Part shown: positions 38,050 through 46,964 of the stretch, one piece after another
Layout of the letters: each line of letters opens with the position of its first letter
Numbering within the stretch: the stretch's first letter is position 1
Notes under the pieces: generated by a model
Database searches by the model: none
Told to the model about the DNA's origin: nothing
What the model saw: only the letters and a program-made list of their open reading frames with translations
NCBI GenBank assembly: GCA_045586685.1
Contig: JAZNAU010000025.1
Location: 1 to 64,000 of the forward strand
Length of the DNA: 64,000 nt
Direction of reading: 5' to 3'
From: Clostridia bacterium
GTDB taxonomy: Bacteria > Bacillota > Clostridia > HGM11514
Translations under genes and position numbers: made by a program

Positions 38050-38466
38050 TTGATTTCTAATTCGGAACAGCAGACCATGCAGATAGGAGAGGCTTTTTCC
38101 GCACAGTTAAAAGAAAATGATATTGTGTGTCTTCACGGGGAACCGGGGGTCGGGAAAAGTGTGTTTGTCCGCGGTGTTGCAAAAGGACTTGGAATAAATG
38201 AGTATATTACCAGCCCTACTTTTACGCTGGTGAATGAATATCACGGTGAAAAACTTTCGTTATATCATTTTGATATGTACCGCTTAGGTGGCGGTATTGA
38301 TGCGGAGGATGCGGGGTTGGACGAATATTTTGATGCGGGGGGCGTGTGCATGATTGAGTGGCCTGAGAATATTTTGGATATTTTACCAAATCAGGTGTAT
38401 CATGTAACCATTTCCAGGGATTTATCCCAAGGGGAGGACTTTCGCAAGATTGCCATGGAGGAATGA
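38050..38466 (+). CDS. tsaE: t6A biosynthesis ATPase TsaE
   Basis: GEPGVGKS, ITSPTFTLVNEY, HFDMYRL, IEWPE. Confidence 0.95.
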   Translation: MISNSEQQTMQIGEAFSAQLKENDIVCLHGEPGVGKSVFVRGVAKGLGINEYITSPTFTLVNEYHGEKLSLYHFDMYRLGGGIDAEDAGLDEYFDAGGVCMIEWPENILDILPNQVYHVTISRDLSQGEDFRKIAMEE

Positions 38467-38470
38467 GGTT

Positions 38471-39154
38471 ATGAAAATACTGGCGGTGGATACCACAACA
38501 TCCATGCTAACGGCAGCGGTTTGGGAAGACGGTGTGGTGTTGGGGGAATATTCCCTGAATAACAAAAAAGCCCATTCCCAAAAATTGATGCCTCTTGTGG
38601 AGCAGTTGTTACGGGAAACGGGAGTTTCTTTGGAGGAAATTGACCTGTTTGCCGCAGCCAACGGTCCCGGTTCTTTTACGGGAATCAGAATAGGTCTTGC
38701 CTGTATTAAAGCATTGGCACAAGTAACGGGGAAACCGGTTGTTCCAGTGAACACCTTAGAAGGCTTGGCGTATAATGCTTTTGGTGAGGAACGGCCAATT
38801 TTTGTGTTGTTGGATGGAGGCAGACGGCGTGTGTACGCAGCGGAATACCGTTTTGAGAAAGGAAAAATGAATTGTGTTACCAAGCCTTTCGCTGCAACGA
38901 TAGATGAAATTGCCCAAAGTTTACAGGGAAGGCAAGTATTATTGGCAGGGGACGGAGGAAGTCTTTATGCAGAAGAACTGGGATTTCCCTGTTTGACGGG
39001 CAGACGGAGTGTGCCTATGGCATCCTCGGTTGCTATGGTGGCAATGAACATGCCTACTGTTACAGCAGAGGAGCTGACCGCCATTTATATCAGCAAACCA
39101 CAAGCGCAAAGAGAACTTGAGGAACGACTACAGAAAAGGAGCAATGAAGCATGA
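38471..39154 (+). CDS. tsaB: t6A biosynthesis protein TsaB
   Basis: MKILAVDTT, HSQKLMP, GPGSFTGIRIG. Confidence 0.94.
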   Translation: MKILAVDTTTSMLTAAVWEDGVVLGEYSLNNKKAHSQKLMPLVEQLLRETGVSLEEIDLFAAANGPGSFTGIRIGLACIKALAQVTGKPVVPVNTLEGLAYNAFGEERPIFVLLDGGRRRVYAAEYRFEKGKMNCVTKPFAATIDEIAQSLQGRQVLLAGDGGSLYAEELGFPCLTGRRSVPMASSVAMVAMNMPTVTAEELTAIYISKPQAQRELEERLQKRSNEA

Positions 39155-39591
39155 AAATTGGAATTGGTTGTGACCATGCAGGGGTCAAATTTAAGGAACA
39201 AATTAAGGATTTTATAAAAAGCATGGGACACGAAGTGGAGGATTTTGGTACCTATACTACCGACCGTGTGGATTATCCGGATATTGCAAAGGTGGTATGC
39301 AACAGTATTATATCAGGTTCTTGCGAAAAGGGGATTCTGATTTGCGGTACAGGAATTGGAATGAGTATGGCGGCAAATAAAATAAAGGGAATCCGTGCGG
39401 CACTTTGCTCAGATACATATTCAGCCCGTGTGACCCGGGAACATAACAATGCAAATGTACTGGCACTGGGGGCAAGAGTGATTGGAATTGATTTGGCATG
39501 TGATGTTGTAAAAGCATTTTTGACAGCGGAATATACAGGGGGTAGGCACGAAACAAGAGTGGCAAAAATGATGGCATTTGAAGAACTGTAA
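39151..39591 (+). CDS. rpiB: Ribose-5-phosphate isomerase B
   Basis: GCDHAG, DYPD, CGTGIGMS, HNNANVL, GGRH. Confidence 0.95.
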   Translation: MKIGIGCDHAGVKFKEQIKDFIKSMGHEVEDFGTYTTDRVDYPDIAKVVCNSIISGSCEKGILICGTGIGMSMAANKIKGIRAALCSDTYSARVTREHNNANVLALGARVIGIDLACDVVKAFLTAEYTGGRHETRVAKMMAFEEL

Positions 39592-39616
39592 GGGGAATTT
39601 TGAAAGGAAGAGTAAT

Positions 39617-40072
39617 ATGATTATTGATCATTTAAAATACAGTAAACAATATGAAGTGCTTTCCGAAGATTTTAAAAAGGTGTTTGACTTGATTCGGAAA
39701 CTTAACTCGGATTCTCCGTTGGGAAAAAGAGTGATAGAAGAAGGACGGGTTTGGGTTGAGGTTTATGAAGCACCGGCAAGAGATGAGGTGCCCGAATACG
39801 AGGTGCATCAAGAATATATTGATATTCATTATATTCTGTCAGGTAAAGAGGAGTTCGGCTATGCGTGCGCAGATCGATTAAGCATGACAAAGCCTTATGA
39901 TCAGCCAACTGATTTGTCCTTTTATGACGGGGATGGGGATACTTTTGTAATGAATGAAGGAGATTTTTGTATTGTGTATCCTCATGATGCCCATATTTCT
40001 TTTAGGAAAAAGCTGTGTGATAAACCTTTGATTCGGGTGATTGCAAAAATTAAAAGCCCAAGATTCGAATAG
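39617..40072 (+). CDS. YhcH/YjgK/YiaL family protein
   Basis: MIIDHL, EVHQEYIDIHY, GKE, PHDAH. Confidence 0.85.
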   Translation: MIIDHLKYSKQYEVLSEDFKKVFDLIRKLNSDSPLGKRVIEEGRVWVEVYEAPARDEVPEYEVHQEYIDIHYILSGKEEFGYACADRLSMTKPYDQPTDLSFYDGDGDTFVMNEGDFCIVYPHDAHISFRKKLCDKPLIRVIAKIKSPRFE

Positions 40073-40079
40073 AAAATGC

Positions 40080-40112
40080 GAGCTGTAGTAAAATTTTGTT
40101 TTACTACAGCTC
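40080..40112. repeat. Bidirectional terminator, palindrome family copy 3
   Basis: GAGCTGTAGTAAAA-TTTTG-TTTTACTACAGCTC. Confidence 0.7.
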
Positions 40113-40496
40113 CTTTTTTTCTTTATAGATAAATAGTTTGCGTGACAAAAAGTTCCAGAAAAATGCAATTCCTGTTGCAATAATTTTGGAAAGCATTTCA
40201 TTCCAGAAAAGAAAAGAAACAAACAAGTACATCAATCCCAGATTCATCAGTAATCCAATGAAACTGACCAAATACACGAAAAAGGCTTCTTTTGCAGTTT
40301 CCTCCGACTTTTTGGAAAAGGCAAATTTCCGACCCAGCCGAAAGTTGACCAAGGTTGCAAGCAAAAAGGCAATCATGGTAGAAAATGTGTAGAACAGTCC
40401 TGCCTTGTGGCACAGGAAAAAGGTGACCCACTCTGTCACCGCAGCTGTTCCGCCTACGAAGAAATATCGGATAAACTGCCAAAGTAACGCAATCAT
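40104..40496 (-). CDS. GtrA family flippase-like protein
   Basis: QFIRYFFVGG, four TM, SKIIAT..WNF. Confidence 0.9.
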   Translation of the reverse strand: MIALLWQFIRYFFVGGTAAVTEWVTFFLCHKAGLFYTFSTMIAFLLATLVNFRLGRKFAFSKKSEETAKEAFFVYLVSFIGLLMNLGLMYLFVSFLFWNEMLSKIIATGIAFFWNFLSRKLFIYKEKKEL

Positions 40497-41173
40497 TTTT
40501 TATATTTTGAAATGCAGTAAAGTGCCCGAAGTCCGTCACGGACACCAATCTTTTTTCCTTCTTGAGTGGTACGGGGATAATAGGAAATAGGCACTTCATG
40601 GATTTTGATGCCACGACCTGAAAGCTTTGCGGTAATTTCAGGCTCAAAGCCAAAACGATTTTCTACAATGGTGACCGATTGAATGATATCCCGTCGAAAT
40701 GCTTTATAGCAGGTTTCCATGTCGGTCAACTTTTGTCCTGTAAATAAGTTGGACAAAAACGTTAAAAAGGCATTGGCGACACGGTTGGCAAAATATCCTT
40801 CCCGTTTTCCTTCTAAAAATCGGGAACCATAGACCACAGGGAATGTGCCGTCAAATATGGGTTGAACCACAACAGGATATTCCATGGGGTCATATTCATC
40901 ATCTGCATCCTGTACAATTACAACCTCACCGGTTGCCTGGGCAAAGCCTGTCCGCAGTGCGGCACCTTTTCCTTGGTTGACATCCTGATACAGAACCTTT
41001 GCCACCAAAGGCTCTACCTGCTCCTTTAAAAGTTCACGGGTTCCGTCTGTGGAACAATCGTCTACCACAATGATTTCCTTTTCGTATTGAGGAACTGCCA
41101 ACACTTTTTTTACAATACGAACAATATTTTCTTTTTCATTGTAGCAAGGGATGATAATGCTTAATTTACTCAT
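40493..41173 (-). CDS. GT2 polyprenol-phosphate glycosyltransferase (DPM1/GtrB-like)
   Basis: IIPCYNE, VDDCSTDGT, NQGKGAA, QDAD, GSRF, TDMETCYK, FGFEPEIT. Confidence 0.92.
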   Translation of the reverse strand: MSKLSIIIPCYNEKENIVRIVKKVLAVPQYEKEIIVVDDCSTDGTRELLKEQVEPLVAKVLYQDVNQGKGAALRTGFAQATGEVVIVQDADDEYDPMEYPVVVQPIFDGTFPVVYGSRFLEGKREGYFANRVANAFLTFLSNLFTGQKLTDMETCYKAFRRDIIQSVTIVENRFGFEPEITAKLSGRGIKIHEVPISYYPRTTQEGKKIGVRDGLRALYCISKYKK

Positions 41174-41480
41174 AACCAACTCTTCTCCAACTGTATTGTA
41201 TCATAGATTAAAATTGTATAATTTTCAAACTCTTTTATTTCCTTGGGAGTGCCTAGGAAATGTTCCATGTTTTCACGGGTAATTTTATGGCGGTAATGGG
41301 TATCAATTCCTAAATTAAAAAAATCATTATACCGATACACATCTTCTTCCAAAAATTCTTCCATTCTGGAGAAAACAGTTTCGGGCATGGGTTGTTTGTC
41401 TTTTGACAAAGCATTTGCTCCTGCAAGGAAAATATAAAAAAATCAGAACGATAACTATAGGTAGAAATATGTTATCATTA
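41170..41480 (-). pseudogene. Probable remnant of a membrane glycosyltransferase (GtrC-like) gene
   Basis: 79-aa ORF coupled to the GT2 start; a hydrophobic stretch lies out of frame across a T7 run; the family assignment is inference from context. Confidence 0.4.
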
Positions 41481-41634
41481 TATCATACAGAGTAGGAAAA
41501 GTCAAGCAAAACGTCTATCTCGAAAAAGCCTCATTTAATTGAATCCTTGTTTGGAAAAGCAGGAGTTAATTTTCTAAAGCCTTGGTATAAAAACCCACCT
41601 TCTGCAAAGGATAATTTCAGGAGGTGTTTTTATT

Positions 41635-41871
41635 ATGCAGATTATGTTGTCAGGTTGTTCGGGAAGACTGGCAGACCAAATGAGACAGATGGGTTATGAG
41701 GTGGTGGATGAAAGTACTGCAGCGGAAGCGATGCTGTATCGAGGACGGGCAATTCCTGATTTTGAAGCAGGAGGTGAAGGTCTTTTTTTGGTGAATGTGA
41801 GCCACAAAACACCGGAGGAAATAGATCGTATTTTACAAAGCCGAGTTTATCATCCTTTTTTTCAATCGTAA
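41635..41871 (+). CDS. YkuS/UPF0180-like small protein
   Basis: GYEVVD, LVNVSHKTPEEI..IL.SRVY.PFF; RBS GGAGGTG. Confidence 0.65.
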   Translation: MQIMLSGCSGRLADQMRQMGYEVVDESTAAEAMLYRGRAIPDFEAGGEGLFLVNVSHKTPEEIDRILQSRVYHPFFQS

Positions 41872-41978
41872 AAAAAATTTAAGTTATTTTCGTCTGACTC
41901 TTGCAAAATGTGAAAAAATGGTGTATGATAGTAAATGGAGAATTTTAATATAACAAGGGATTTGTTACAATAGAAGGT

Positions 41979-43196
41979 TTGGTGAAAGAATTGAGTAAGG
42001 AAATTTATGTAGATCATAGTGCTACAACGGCAGTTCGACCCGAGGTTTTGGAATGTATGTTGCCCTATTTTAAGGGGCAGTACGGAAATCCCTCCTCTAT
42101 TTATCGCAAGGGTCGGGAAGCCAAAAGCGCTATTGAAGATGCCAGAGGACGGATTGCAGACTGTCTTCACTGTAAGCCGGATGAAATTATGTTTACCGGA
42201 TGCGGTTCCGAAGCAGATAATTGGGCGATTATCGGTACTGCTATGGCACATAAAAACAAAGGAAATCATATCATTACAAGTGCCATTGAGCACCATGCGG
42301 TACTGCACCCTTGTCAGTACTTGGAAAAGCAAGGATTCCGTGTGACTTATGTGGGTGTGGATGAAAAAGGAATCCTGAAACTGGACGAATTAAAAGAAGC
42401 CATTTGCGAGGAAACCATTTTAATCACCGTCATGATGGCAAACAATGAAATCGGCACTATTCAACCTATTGAGGAAATTGTGGAAATTGCCAAGGAAAAG
42501 AATATTACGGTGCATACAGATGCGGTGCAGGCGTTGGGACAGATGGAAATTAATTTGAGTCAGCTTCGGGTGGATATGATGTCTGTTTCTGCTCATAAAT
42601 TTGGCGGACCAAAAGGTGCAGGATTTTTGTTCAAACGTCGCGGTGTGCGGCTGGATAACTTCCTTCATGGTGGCGGTCAGGAAAATGGCAGACGTGCGGG
42701 AACGGAAAACACCGCTTTCATTATTGGCATGGCAAAAGCGCTTGAACTTGCAGTGGCGGAGCGTGAAGAACATTGCAAGAAAATGAAAGAAATGCGGGAC
42801 AAACTGATTGATTGTGTTTTGGAAAAAATCCCATATGCGATTTTAAACGGTGACCGAGAACAAAGATTACCCGGAAATGCAAACTTCTCTTTTCGTTTTG
42901 TAGAAGGGGAAGCCCTTCTGCTGATGCTGGATATGAAGGGGATATGTGCCTCTTCCGGTTCTGCCTGTACCTCAGGGTCGTTAGATCCTTCTCATGTATT
43001 GCTGGCAATCGGTCTGCCTCATGAAATTGCTCACGGATCCTTGCGAGTTTCCTTTGGAGATGATAACACCATGGAGGACGTGGATTATATTGTAAATGCA
43101 CTTTGCGAGATTTTAGCCCGTTTGCGGGAATTGTCTCCTTTGTACGATACATTTTTAAAAGAACAGGAAAGTCAGGTGAATCAAGATGTTATATAG
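41979..43196 (+). CDS. nifS: Cysteine desulfurase
   Basis: DHSATT, GNPSS, HTDAVQA, SAHKFGGPKG, SSGSACTS. Confidence 0.95.
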   Translation: MVKELSKEIYVDHSATTAVRPEVLECMLPYFKGQYGNPSSIYRKGREAKSAIEDARGRIADCLHCKPDEIMFTGCGSEADNWAIIGTAMAHKNKGNHIITSAIEHHAVLHPCQYLEKQGFRVTYVGVDEKGILKLDELKEAICEETILITVMMANNEIGTIQPIEEIVEIAKEKNITVHTDAVQALGQMEINLSQLRVDMMSVSAHKFGGPKGAGFLFKRRGVRLDNFLHGGGQENGRRAGTENTAFIIGMAKALELAVAEREEHCKKMKEMRDKLIDCVLEKIPYAILNGDREQRLPGNANFSFRFVEGEALLLMLDMKGICASSGSACTSGSLDPSHVLLAIGLPHEIAHGSLRVSFGDDNTMEDVDYIVNALCEILARLRELSPLYDTFLKEQESQVNQDVI

Positions 43197-43626
43197 CGAA
43201 AAAGTAATGGACCATTTTGCAAATCCCAGAAATGTAGGAGAATTACAGGACGCCAATGCAGTAGGCGAGGTGGGAAACGCAAAATGCGGGGATATTATGA
43301 GAATTTACCTAAAAATTGAAGATAACGTGATTCAGGATGTGTCCTTTAAAACCTTTGGTTGCGGTGCCGCGATTGCAACAAGCAGTATGGCAACGGAGCT
43401 GGTAAAAGGAAAAACCATTGAGGAAGCGTTGCAGTTGACCAACAAGGCAGTGGCAGAGGCACTGGATGGACTGCCTCCGGTGAAAATGCACTGTTCTATG
43501 CTGGCAGAAGAAGCAGTTCATGCCGCCATTGCAGATTATTATGAACGGCAAGGATTGCCCGTTCCTTTTGACTCTTCCAAGGGAAAGTGCAGCGGTTGTT
43601 GCGAGGGCTGTGAGGCATCAAATTAA
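43186..43626 (+). CDS. nifU: Fe-S cluster scaffold NifU/IscU
   Basis: YSEKVMDHFANPRNVG, CGDIM, FGCGAAIA, LPPVKMHCS. Confidence 0.95.
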   Translation: MLYSEKVMDHFANPRNVGELQDANAVGEVGNAKCGDIMRIYLKIEDNVIQDVSFKTFGCGAAIATSSMATELVKGKTIEEALQLTNKAVAEALDGLPPVKMHCSMLAEEAVHAAIADYYERQGLPVPFDSSKGKCSGCCEGCEASN

Positions 43627-43817
43627 AAAAATAATGAAGAATCCATATAAGGATTCTTCAGGTTGATGGCTTTATTATTAACCTAAGCAGACATAAAAAA
43701 GTAAATATTTTGTTAAAACGAATGGCAGAAAGTGCATAAGTACGGCAAGTGCTTGTTTAGAAAAAAAGAAAAATCGTTAGAAAAACTTTATGGTTTTCTA
43801 ACGATTTTTTGTTGGTT

Positions 43818-44600
43818 TTATTTTTTGCAGTTCTTCTTTTTCAGCTGATCATAAATCAGTTTCAGTCCGGTCAGAGTTAATTTGCGGTCAATGGTCTGAA
43901 TGGTTTTAGATTTAGTAGAAATCAGAGAAGAAAGACCGCCTGTTGCAATGACTTTTACGTCACCTCCCAGCTCATTTGCCATTTCTTCTACAATATAATC
44001 TACCGCACCTACGTATCCGTAAAAAATACCCGATTGCATACTGGTAACTGTGTTTGTTCCTATAATTTTTTCGGGGTCTTCTATTTCAATTTTGGGAAGC
44101 TTTGCTGTTTTGGAAAAGAGGGCATCCAGAGAAATTTTAATACCCGGCAAAATGGAACCGCCCAAATAATCCCCATTTTTATCAATGGCACAAAAGGTGG
44201 TGGCAGTGCCGAAATCTACGATAATACAGGGATAGCCGTATAATTCCTTTGCGGCAACGGCATTCACCAGTCTATCTGCCCCCACCTCTTTAGGATTATC
44301 ATATTTGTTTTGCATCCCCAAATCCATGGAGCCATCCACTACAATGGGTTCTCTGCCCACATAGGATTTTAACGCCTTACACAGAGGATACATAATCTGG
44401 GGTACAACAGAGGCGACCATAATATCTTCAATTTCCGTCGGCTTCACTTGCTTGAGTGCTAAAAACTGTAGAATCAAAACACCCATTTCGTCCAGAGAAC
44501 GGTCTCCTTGAGTGGAGATTCGAAAACTGCTGAACAAAGTATCTTTATCATAAATACCAAATACAATATTGGTATTTCCAACATCTACTAAAAGTAACAT
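43818..44600 (-). CDS. coaX: Type III pantothenate kinase
   Basis: DVGNTN, SVVP, VGADR, DFGTATT, ATGG. Confidence 0.96.
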   Translation of the reverse strand: MLLLVDVGNTNIVFGIYDKDTLFSSFRISTQGDRSLDEMGVLILQFLALKQVKPTEIEDIMVASVVPQIMYPLCKALKSYVGREPIVVDGSMDLGMQNKYDNPKEVGADRLVNAVAAKELYGYPCIIVDFGTATTFCAIDKNGDYLGGSILPGIKISLDALFSKTAKLPKIEIEDPEKIIGTNTVTSMQSGIFYGYVGAVDYIVEEMANELGGDVKVIATGGLSSLISTKSKTIQTIDRKLTLTGLKLIYDQLKKKNCKK

Positions 44601-44634
44601 ATTCTCACTCCTTTTTTATTATTATAACTCATAG

Positions 44635-44662
44635 TCACATTTAAAGTCAAGATGCATATAAT
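44635..44662 (+). promoter_or_regulatory. Putative mother-cell (sigmaE/sigmaK) promoter
   Basis: TCACA-N15-CATATAAT upstream of the three-gene cluster. Confidence 0.45.
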
Positions 44663-44697
44663 AGATTCTGACAAGAATTTTATTTTGAGGTGGAACA

Positions 44698-44976
44698 ATG
44701 GCTGATAATTTATCCGAACTTTTGAAAAATTTATTGGAACATACCGATCAAAGAAAATTAAAACAATCATTACCCCAGCTGATGCAACTGTTATCCAATC
44801 CGCAGGGGCAGAAGCTGGTGGAGAAAATCAAGGAGGCAGACCCCAATCGTCTTGCAAAACTTCTGGGGCAGATAGATACACAAGCGGCGGCAAAAAAAGT
44901 AGACCGTGCAGAAGTAATTTTGGAACAAGCGGGAAAGGATCCCGATTATATCAAAAACTTAATGAATTTACTGTAA
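44698..44976 (+). CDS. Hypothetical helical protein, 92 aa
   Basis: RBS GAGGTG; LLSNPQGQKL motif. Confidence 0.7.
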   Translation: MADNLSELLKNLLEHTDQRKLKQSLPQLMQLLSNPQGQKLVEKIKEADPNRLAKLLGQIDTQAAAKKVDRAEVILEQAGKDPDYIKNLMNLL

Positions 44977-44992
44977 GGAGGGAGGAAGAATT

Positions 44993-45298
44993 ATGAGTCA
45001 GGATTTTATGGGGCAACTTCAGAATTTGTTGAGCGACCCGGAAATGACAGAAAAATTAAAGCAGGCGTTGGGTTCTCTGGGAGGCAGTCCTGTCCCTGAA
45101 ACAAGAACGGAGCAGGAGGATGCAACTCAGAAAATCAAGCAGGTCTATGAGCAGATTAACAGCGGACCGGATCCAAGAGTATCTTTATTAAAGGCTTTAA
45201 AGCCCTACATGAATCATACCCGCAGTGCCCAGTTAGATACTGCGGTCAGATTATTGGGGTTGACAAAAATGTCAGGGTTGTTAAAGGAATTGCAATAA
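44993..45298 (+). CDS. Hypothetical protein, 101 aa
   Basis: RBS GGAGG; LLSDPE, DPRVSLLKALKPYM motif typical of small clostridial proteins. Confidence 0.75.
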   Translation: MSQDFMGQLQNLLSDPEMTEKLKQALGSLGGSPVPETRTEQEDATQKIKQVYEQINSGPDPRVSLLKALKPYMNHTRSAQLDTAVRLLGLTKMSGLLKELQ

Positions 45299-45315
45299 TT
45301 TGGGAGGGATGAGGA

Positions 45316-45603
45316 ATGCAAAGGAATTTTTACCAAGCACCTGAACGTCAGGGTGAAAGCGTAATTGTACCCCAGACCATAGAGCCGGAGCCCGTTCCGG
45401 TTACGGAGCAGGAAATCAGGGAGGGGGCTTATGAAAACACAAAGGTTTCTTTTTACAATCCTCAAACGAAAAAACTGTTTGACCGATTTTGTTTGGACGA
45501 TGTCATTTTAATTGCAGTCATCATCCTACTTGCCACCGATACCCAAATTGACTTTGTGCTTTTAATTATTTTAGGGTTTTTGTTGTTAAACGGAATGGAG
45601 TAG
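45316..45603 (+). CDS. Hypothetical protein with hydrophobic C-terminus, 95 aa
   Basis: DDVILIAVIILL..D..LLIILGFLL tail. Confidence 0.7.
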   Translation: MQRNFYQAPERQGESVIVPQTIEPEPVPVTEQEIREGAYENTKVSFYNPQTKKLFDRFCLDDVILIAVIILLATDTQIDFVLLIILGFLLLNGME

Positions 45604-45610
45604 GCAAAAG

Positions 45611-45646
45611 AAAAACACACCCAAAAATTTTTGGGTGTGTTTTTTT
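45611..45646 (+). terminator. Intrinsic terminator
   Basis: AAAAACACACCCAAAAA/TTTTTGGGTGTGTTTTTTT. Confidence 0.75.
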
Positions 45647-45668
45647 AATACAAAAAATTTAAAAAATA

Positions 45669-45682
45669 CGAACAAAGGTTTG
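45669..45682 (+). promoter_or_regulatory. SOS (LexA/Cheo) box overlapping the lexA -35
   Basis: CGAAC-AAAG-GTTTG versus consensus CGAAC-N4-GTTYG; overlaps TTGACT. Confidence 0.8.
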
Positions 45683-45734
45683 ACTTATGGTGAAAAATGT
45701 GATATACTATTATAGTAAGAAGGAGGGAAGAAAG

Positions 45735-46364
45735 ATGTCATTAACAGAAAAACAAAAGAATGTACTTAACTTTATTGAACAGTTTACCCGAGAAAACGGG
45801 TATCCTCCCTCTGTCCGGGAAATTGGTGCGGCGGTTGGATTGACTTCTACTGCTACCGTTCACGGATATTTAGAGCGATTGGAAAAGAAGGGGTATCTTG
45901 ACCGTGCGGCACTCAAAACCAGAGCTATGCGTGTGGTAAATCCTGAAATTGAGACAGAAGCACAGACCAACATTACCCCGGATGAAAAATATATGGAAAT
46001 CCCCATTATAGGCCGTGTAGCGGCGGGTTCTCCTATCTTGGCACAGGAGCAGGTGGAAGGCTATCTTCCTCTCAGTTTTGATTTTGCACGGAACAGAGAC
46101 CTGTTTGTCCTGCGTGTGAAGGGTGAAAGTATGATAAATGTGGGGATTTACGATGGAGATTTGATTATTGTCAGCCGTCAGCCCGATGCAAAAAACGGAG
46201 ATACGGTGGTGGCATTGATTGAAGATGAAGCTACCGTAAAAACCTTCTATCAGGAAAATGAGTATATCCGTCTGCAACCTGAGAATGATACTATGGAGCC
46301 GATTATAGTCAAAGAAGTGGCGATTTTAGGAAAAGTAGTAGGTTTGTTCAGGAATTTAATGTAG
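45735..46364 (+). CDS. lexA: SOS repressor LexA
   Basis: GYPPSVREI, GRVAAGSP cleavage site, GESM, ATVK. Confidence 0.97.
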   Translation: MSLTEKQKNVLNFIEQFTRENGYPPSVREIGAAVGLTSTATVHGYLERLEKKGYLDRAALKTRAMRVVNPEIETEAQTNITPDEKYMEIPIIGRVAAGSPILAQEQVEGYLPLSFDFARNRDLFVLRVKGESMINVGIYDGDLIIVSRQPDAKNGDTVVALIEDEATVKTFYQENEYIRLQPENDTMEPIIVKEVAILGKVVGLFRNLM

Positions 46365-46374
46365 TGTGATAGAA

Positions 46375-46674
46375 TCACACTACATTTTGGAACATTTCTG
46401 CATCTAATACGGAAAGAGGAACTTCTTTCTGTATGATACGGAGCATTTCGTCCAGTTCTTCAGGATGATTCTGACTTAACAACAATACCGGAACAGCGTT
46501 CATTTCCGAAGCATAGGAAATGCCGGAGCGAACCTGATGTTCAAATAGTGCCGGATCTTCACAGGTGTCAAATACGGCGTACAGATTATCAGGCGGTGTG
46601 GGACGCAGTAAAAAAAGTATGACGATTCCTGCCATTACTGCCAGTAATAATAGGGAGATTACAAAGGGGGACAT
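46375..46674 (-). CDS. Small protein with N-terminal TM helix, 99 aa
   Basis: RBS GAGGTG; MSPFVISLLLLAVMAGIVILFLL; upstream GTCACC-N16-CATAAAAT. Confidence 0.6.
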   Translation of the reverse strand: MSPFVISLLLLAVMAGIVILFLLRPTPPDNLYAVFDTCEDPALFEHQVRSGISYASEMNAVPVLLLSQNHPEELDEMLRIIQKEVPLSVLDAEMFQNVV

Positions 46675-46739
46675 AAGCTTCACCTCGCTTTCTAAGCCTA
46701 TTTTATGCAGGGAGCAGGAAAATGGTGACGGAGGATAAT

Positions 46740-46946
46740 ATGAGTGGGTATGAACCAAAATGTATCTTGTGCAATAACGGTCGGGAAATCCGCCTGACAG
46801 GACATGTTCTTTGTTCTGTTGAGGGGATTGTGACCCCGTCCTTTTGCTGTAAAAAATTTGAAATGAATTATTTGAAATTACAACCAAAGAGAGTTCCCAT
46901 AAAGAAAAGAAAACAATTTTCACCTGAGGATTTTTCTTTGGATTGA
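46740..46946 (+). CDS. Small Cys-rich hypothetical protein, 68 aa
   Basis: RBS GGAGG; CxxC..C..CCKKF..FSPEDFSL. Confidence 0.7.
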   Translation: MSGYEPKCILCNNGREIRLTGHVLCSVEGIVTPSFCCKKFEMNYLKLQPKRVPIKKRKQFSPEDFSLD

Positions 46947-46964
46947 TAAAGGAGAGATGACAAT

